Below are positions 30,902-33,474 of a stretch of 33,474 nt of DNA, one piece after another (position 1 is the stretch's first letter; every line of letters begins with the position of its first letter). Below the pieces are notes generated by a model, which did no database searches, was not told the origin of the DNA, and saw nothing but the letters and a program-made list of their open reading frames with translations. This DNA is from Candidatus Altimarinota bacterium. Lineage in GTDB: Bacteria > Patescibacteriota > Gracilibacteria > BD1-5 > JAGOOR01. Position numbers and translations under genes: made by a program. Location: positions 1 to 33,474 of the forward strand of contig JBFZBA010000017.1 of NCBI GenBank assembly GCA_041308705.1, given 5' to 3'.

Positions 30902-32647
30902 CTAGTACACTAATTTTCTATAACATTGTTCACAGAGGACCTTCCTTTCTGCAGTATTATAAGTCGTCTGAATTTCCTGTCCACATTCTCCACATTTCTC
31001 AGCTTTTAATTGTTTTGGATTGAGAAAAGTGATCCTCTCATTGTATCGAACCTGCGGATGCTTGCGAGGAATAGGGAGATCGTGAGTGATGTAGAATCGC
31101 AGTTCTTCTTTGAGGATACGAAATGGTTCACCTGTTTTTTCACACTGGATAATGCCAGCAAGAAGTGTATCAATATTTTTTCCAGCAACTTCTTTGTTTA
31201 CCTTTTCAGGATTGTATTGTGCTGTATCTAGCAGTGTCACATACTCCCCTGTTCTTTCTTTTTTGGGAATATCATACCACCTCCATCCATACTTTTCGAT
31301 GGTTGCACGGTCAAGCGGTTGATCATCAGCACCAATAGTTTCATTATATCCAAAGGGTGACATGCTCGGATGGAAAAATTCACCCCATTCTCCACAAGAT
31401 CTCATGTGGTCTATGATTTTTGGAACGAGTTGTTCATATTCCTGCTGGCTCATTGCGACATTGAGAATTGCATTTTCCCCATGATTCAGACCCACGCAAC
31501 CAAAGAGATGATTGGAGTTGAGACACCAAGCAGAATAGTACACCTCAGAACAAAACTCGCAGCAAGCTGTAAAACAAATCTGAGAGCTATTTCATGAACC
31601 AAGTGACTCAAGCATATGGTCTGAATAATAGCCAAAACCATTCATGTCCATAGAATCTTTTGCCATCTTTGAAGAACCGACATATTTCACATTTTCACAT
31701 CAGAACACCTCAAAACCGAGCACATTTTTACAATCGACGAGATAATCTCCGATAGAGCTTTCTGTGTTTACATTGTGATGTACTCGGACAGGGTTTGAAT
31801 GGTTGAACTTCTGCACACGAGCCAGAATAGCAGCATAATTATCATGAGTAATTCTGAGCTCTTTTATCCGTGATTCATAGACAGATTTTTCGAGTTTTTC
31901 ATTAAAAATACAATACTGCTGACCAGTGAGATTCATACATCAGAAGCAATCCTGGCAACCAATACATGATGAACAAAATGAACAACTACGACAATTTGTA
32001 CAGTCCTGAGAATAAAAAGTGGCATAACATTCATTGCAATTCACACATTGATAACAATGTTCATCCTTTGAACCAAAATACATCTCCAGACAATCCTTCG
32101 AATGCACAACTCATTTACAAAACATGCAGTCTTCGAGGATCCCAGAGTTAAAACAAAGATAACAATTTCTGGAAGCCATTTTTCACCCTCAGAACCAATT
32201 CGTGTAGTCACAGTTTTCATTGTGACTTGTGTGATAGAGGGCTGTCATCGGTACATCATGCCAGAGCTCTCCTATTTGTGGTAAAATTGGACGATCAAAA
32301 TCGATCTGTCGACCATAGCCAAAAGCAGACCAGGAATCTCCAAACCAGAGTTTTGGTTCACAGACCTTCCTATCATCATCAGGATGATACATCGTCACAA
32401 TAGTATTGCCTGTCATGCATGATTTTTTCTCATAGAGGTATCTCTCGTTACGAAAAGCCATTCGTCGCTGCATACGAGTGATAGGTGCGAGAGTCGGTGT
32501 CGGGATACTATATTTCTTCCCTCAGAAAATAGGTGACATCTGATCATAGAGGAGAATATCACGATCAGTGACGAAAAATTTCTCCCCAGACAAAGCACAG
32601 GTTTTTGTCTCGACGAGAGATTCTCACGGGAGGAGGAAGGTATTCAT
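30902..32647 (-). CDS. Cysteine-ladder repeat protein, paralogue C (581 aa)
   Basis: Pieces 32189..32473, 31700..31936 and 30902..31543 share one frame and are joined through TGA 32624, 32522, 32189, 32183, 32111, 31940, 31700 and 31592. The register is confirmed by plus-strand ORFs 31370..31597, 31966..32151 and 32102..32284. ATG at 32645-32647; TAG at 30902. Confidence 0.82.
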
Positions 32648-32726
32648 GGGAAAGTTAGAGGTTAATCCTTAAATGTTTTAAAAAATCCACCATTTTTAAT
32701 TTTGCATTTTTAATTTGAATTCGGTT

Positions 32727-33448
32727 TTATCGAATTCATAACACTATAGGCAGAATCTTTGTTCTGCCAATATTGAGCTCAGGATGAGCGTAATTCACAT
32801 GAGCAACTGAGCTACCTCCATCGAGATTGAGTATCTGAACTGTGTCATATGTGCCAATAAATCGTATTTCCCGGAGGACGATATTCCTCACCTCTGCGAG
32901 GGCTTCTTCTTCATTGATAGTGAGAAACCATACATCTTGAACACCAGATTTTTCAAAGAGAACGAGGACAGTGCGTTTATGAGCTTTTCCTATGTAGGAA
33001 GCAGGCCTCAGGTCTTCTTCAATTCTATCTCACCTCTTGGAATAAATAACTGGACCGGCCTGGAAGAGGACATCGCACGAATCTATGAGCGACTCATGAT
33101 AGTCGACATTTGGCATGATGCGGATTCGATGGCTATCCTGACAGAGAAAATGCGTCACCTGAGGATTATCAAGCACAGGAGGAGTATATCGCTGTCCGTC
33201 GAGTGCGAGAAGTCCTGCATGGTAGATAGAACCATCGATTTTATTGAAATAACCACCGTTCACGAGCGCCCGATATTTTTTTGCACTATCATGTGATTCA
33301 AATCGCGGTGTATTAAATGGCTGATACAGAACATCGAAACCATTTTTTGCCCGCGTCCAGATAGTCGAAGTCAGCTCATCATAGATGATATCTTCTTTCT
33401 CAAAAGATTCGAGTCATGGAATATTTCTCGCGAGGTACTGTATGAGAT
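32727..33448 (-). CDS. Phosphodiester glycosidase (DUF2233/NAGPA-like) family protein; the 5' end is missing at the contig end
   Basis: Reads ...ALVNGGYFN...LFQAGPVIYSKR-G-DRIEE...KRTVLVLFE...ILNLDGGSSVA... In-frame TGA at 33414, 33030 and 32736. TAA at 32727. Confidence 0.6.
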
Positions 33449-33474
33449 CTGTCTCTTATACACATCTCCGAGCC
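33449..33474. other. Nextera/Tn5 mosaic-end adapter read-through (sequencing artefact)
   Basis: CTGTCTCTTATACACATCT followed by CCGAGCC exactly matches the Illumina Nextera transposase adapter. Confidence 0.9.

Noticed and set aside
1-33448. Alternative readings of in-frame TGA: tryptophan (code 4), selenocysteine, or real stops that would make the genes pseudogenes.
   Set aside because: The TGA positions align with invariant Gly (GRGS of DnaE, PIQG of PolA, GGLG of transketolase, GDLSEN of GreA), not with Trp. There are far too many of them, with no adjacent SECIS-like hairpins, for Sec. All frames are otherwise intact and end in TAA or TAG.

Overview
This is a contig-end fragment of a low-GC bacterial genome; a Nextera/Tn5 adapter occupies 33449-33474. 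UGA is read as glycine here (translation table 25). By inference the source is Gracilibacteria/BD1-5 or Absconditabacteria/SR1 (CPR/Patescibacteria). The supplied ORF track uses standard stops and so fragments almost every gene. Reading through in-frame TGA restores intact housekeeping genes: a type IIG-like RM enzyme fragment, tRNA-Arg, a polymerase-domain-only polA, rpe, dnaE, rplU, adk, greA, a transketolase C-half, a PAP2-like protein and a DUF2233-like protein. It also exposes two accessory loci. (i) Eighteen same-frame ORF-track fragments between 8669 and 20695 fuse into one gene of about 4,008 codons. It encodes a membrane-anchored giant surface protein with Ig-like, FG-GAP, CARDB-like, Ca-binding and Pro-rich segments, and it lies directly downstream of two paralogous LysM-LysM-CHAP peptidoglycan hydrolases on the same strand. 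(ii) Three tandem 575-581-aa paralogues of an uncharacterised cysteine-ladder protein family occupy 27315-32647. They are punctuated by a 121-nt intergenic cassette present twice at about 93% identity. The cassette carries a sigma70-like promoter and also precedes the neighbouring transketolase gene. I saw no CRISPR array, rRNA, transposase or integrase. All translations were done by hand and cross-checked against the ORF track where possible.
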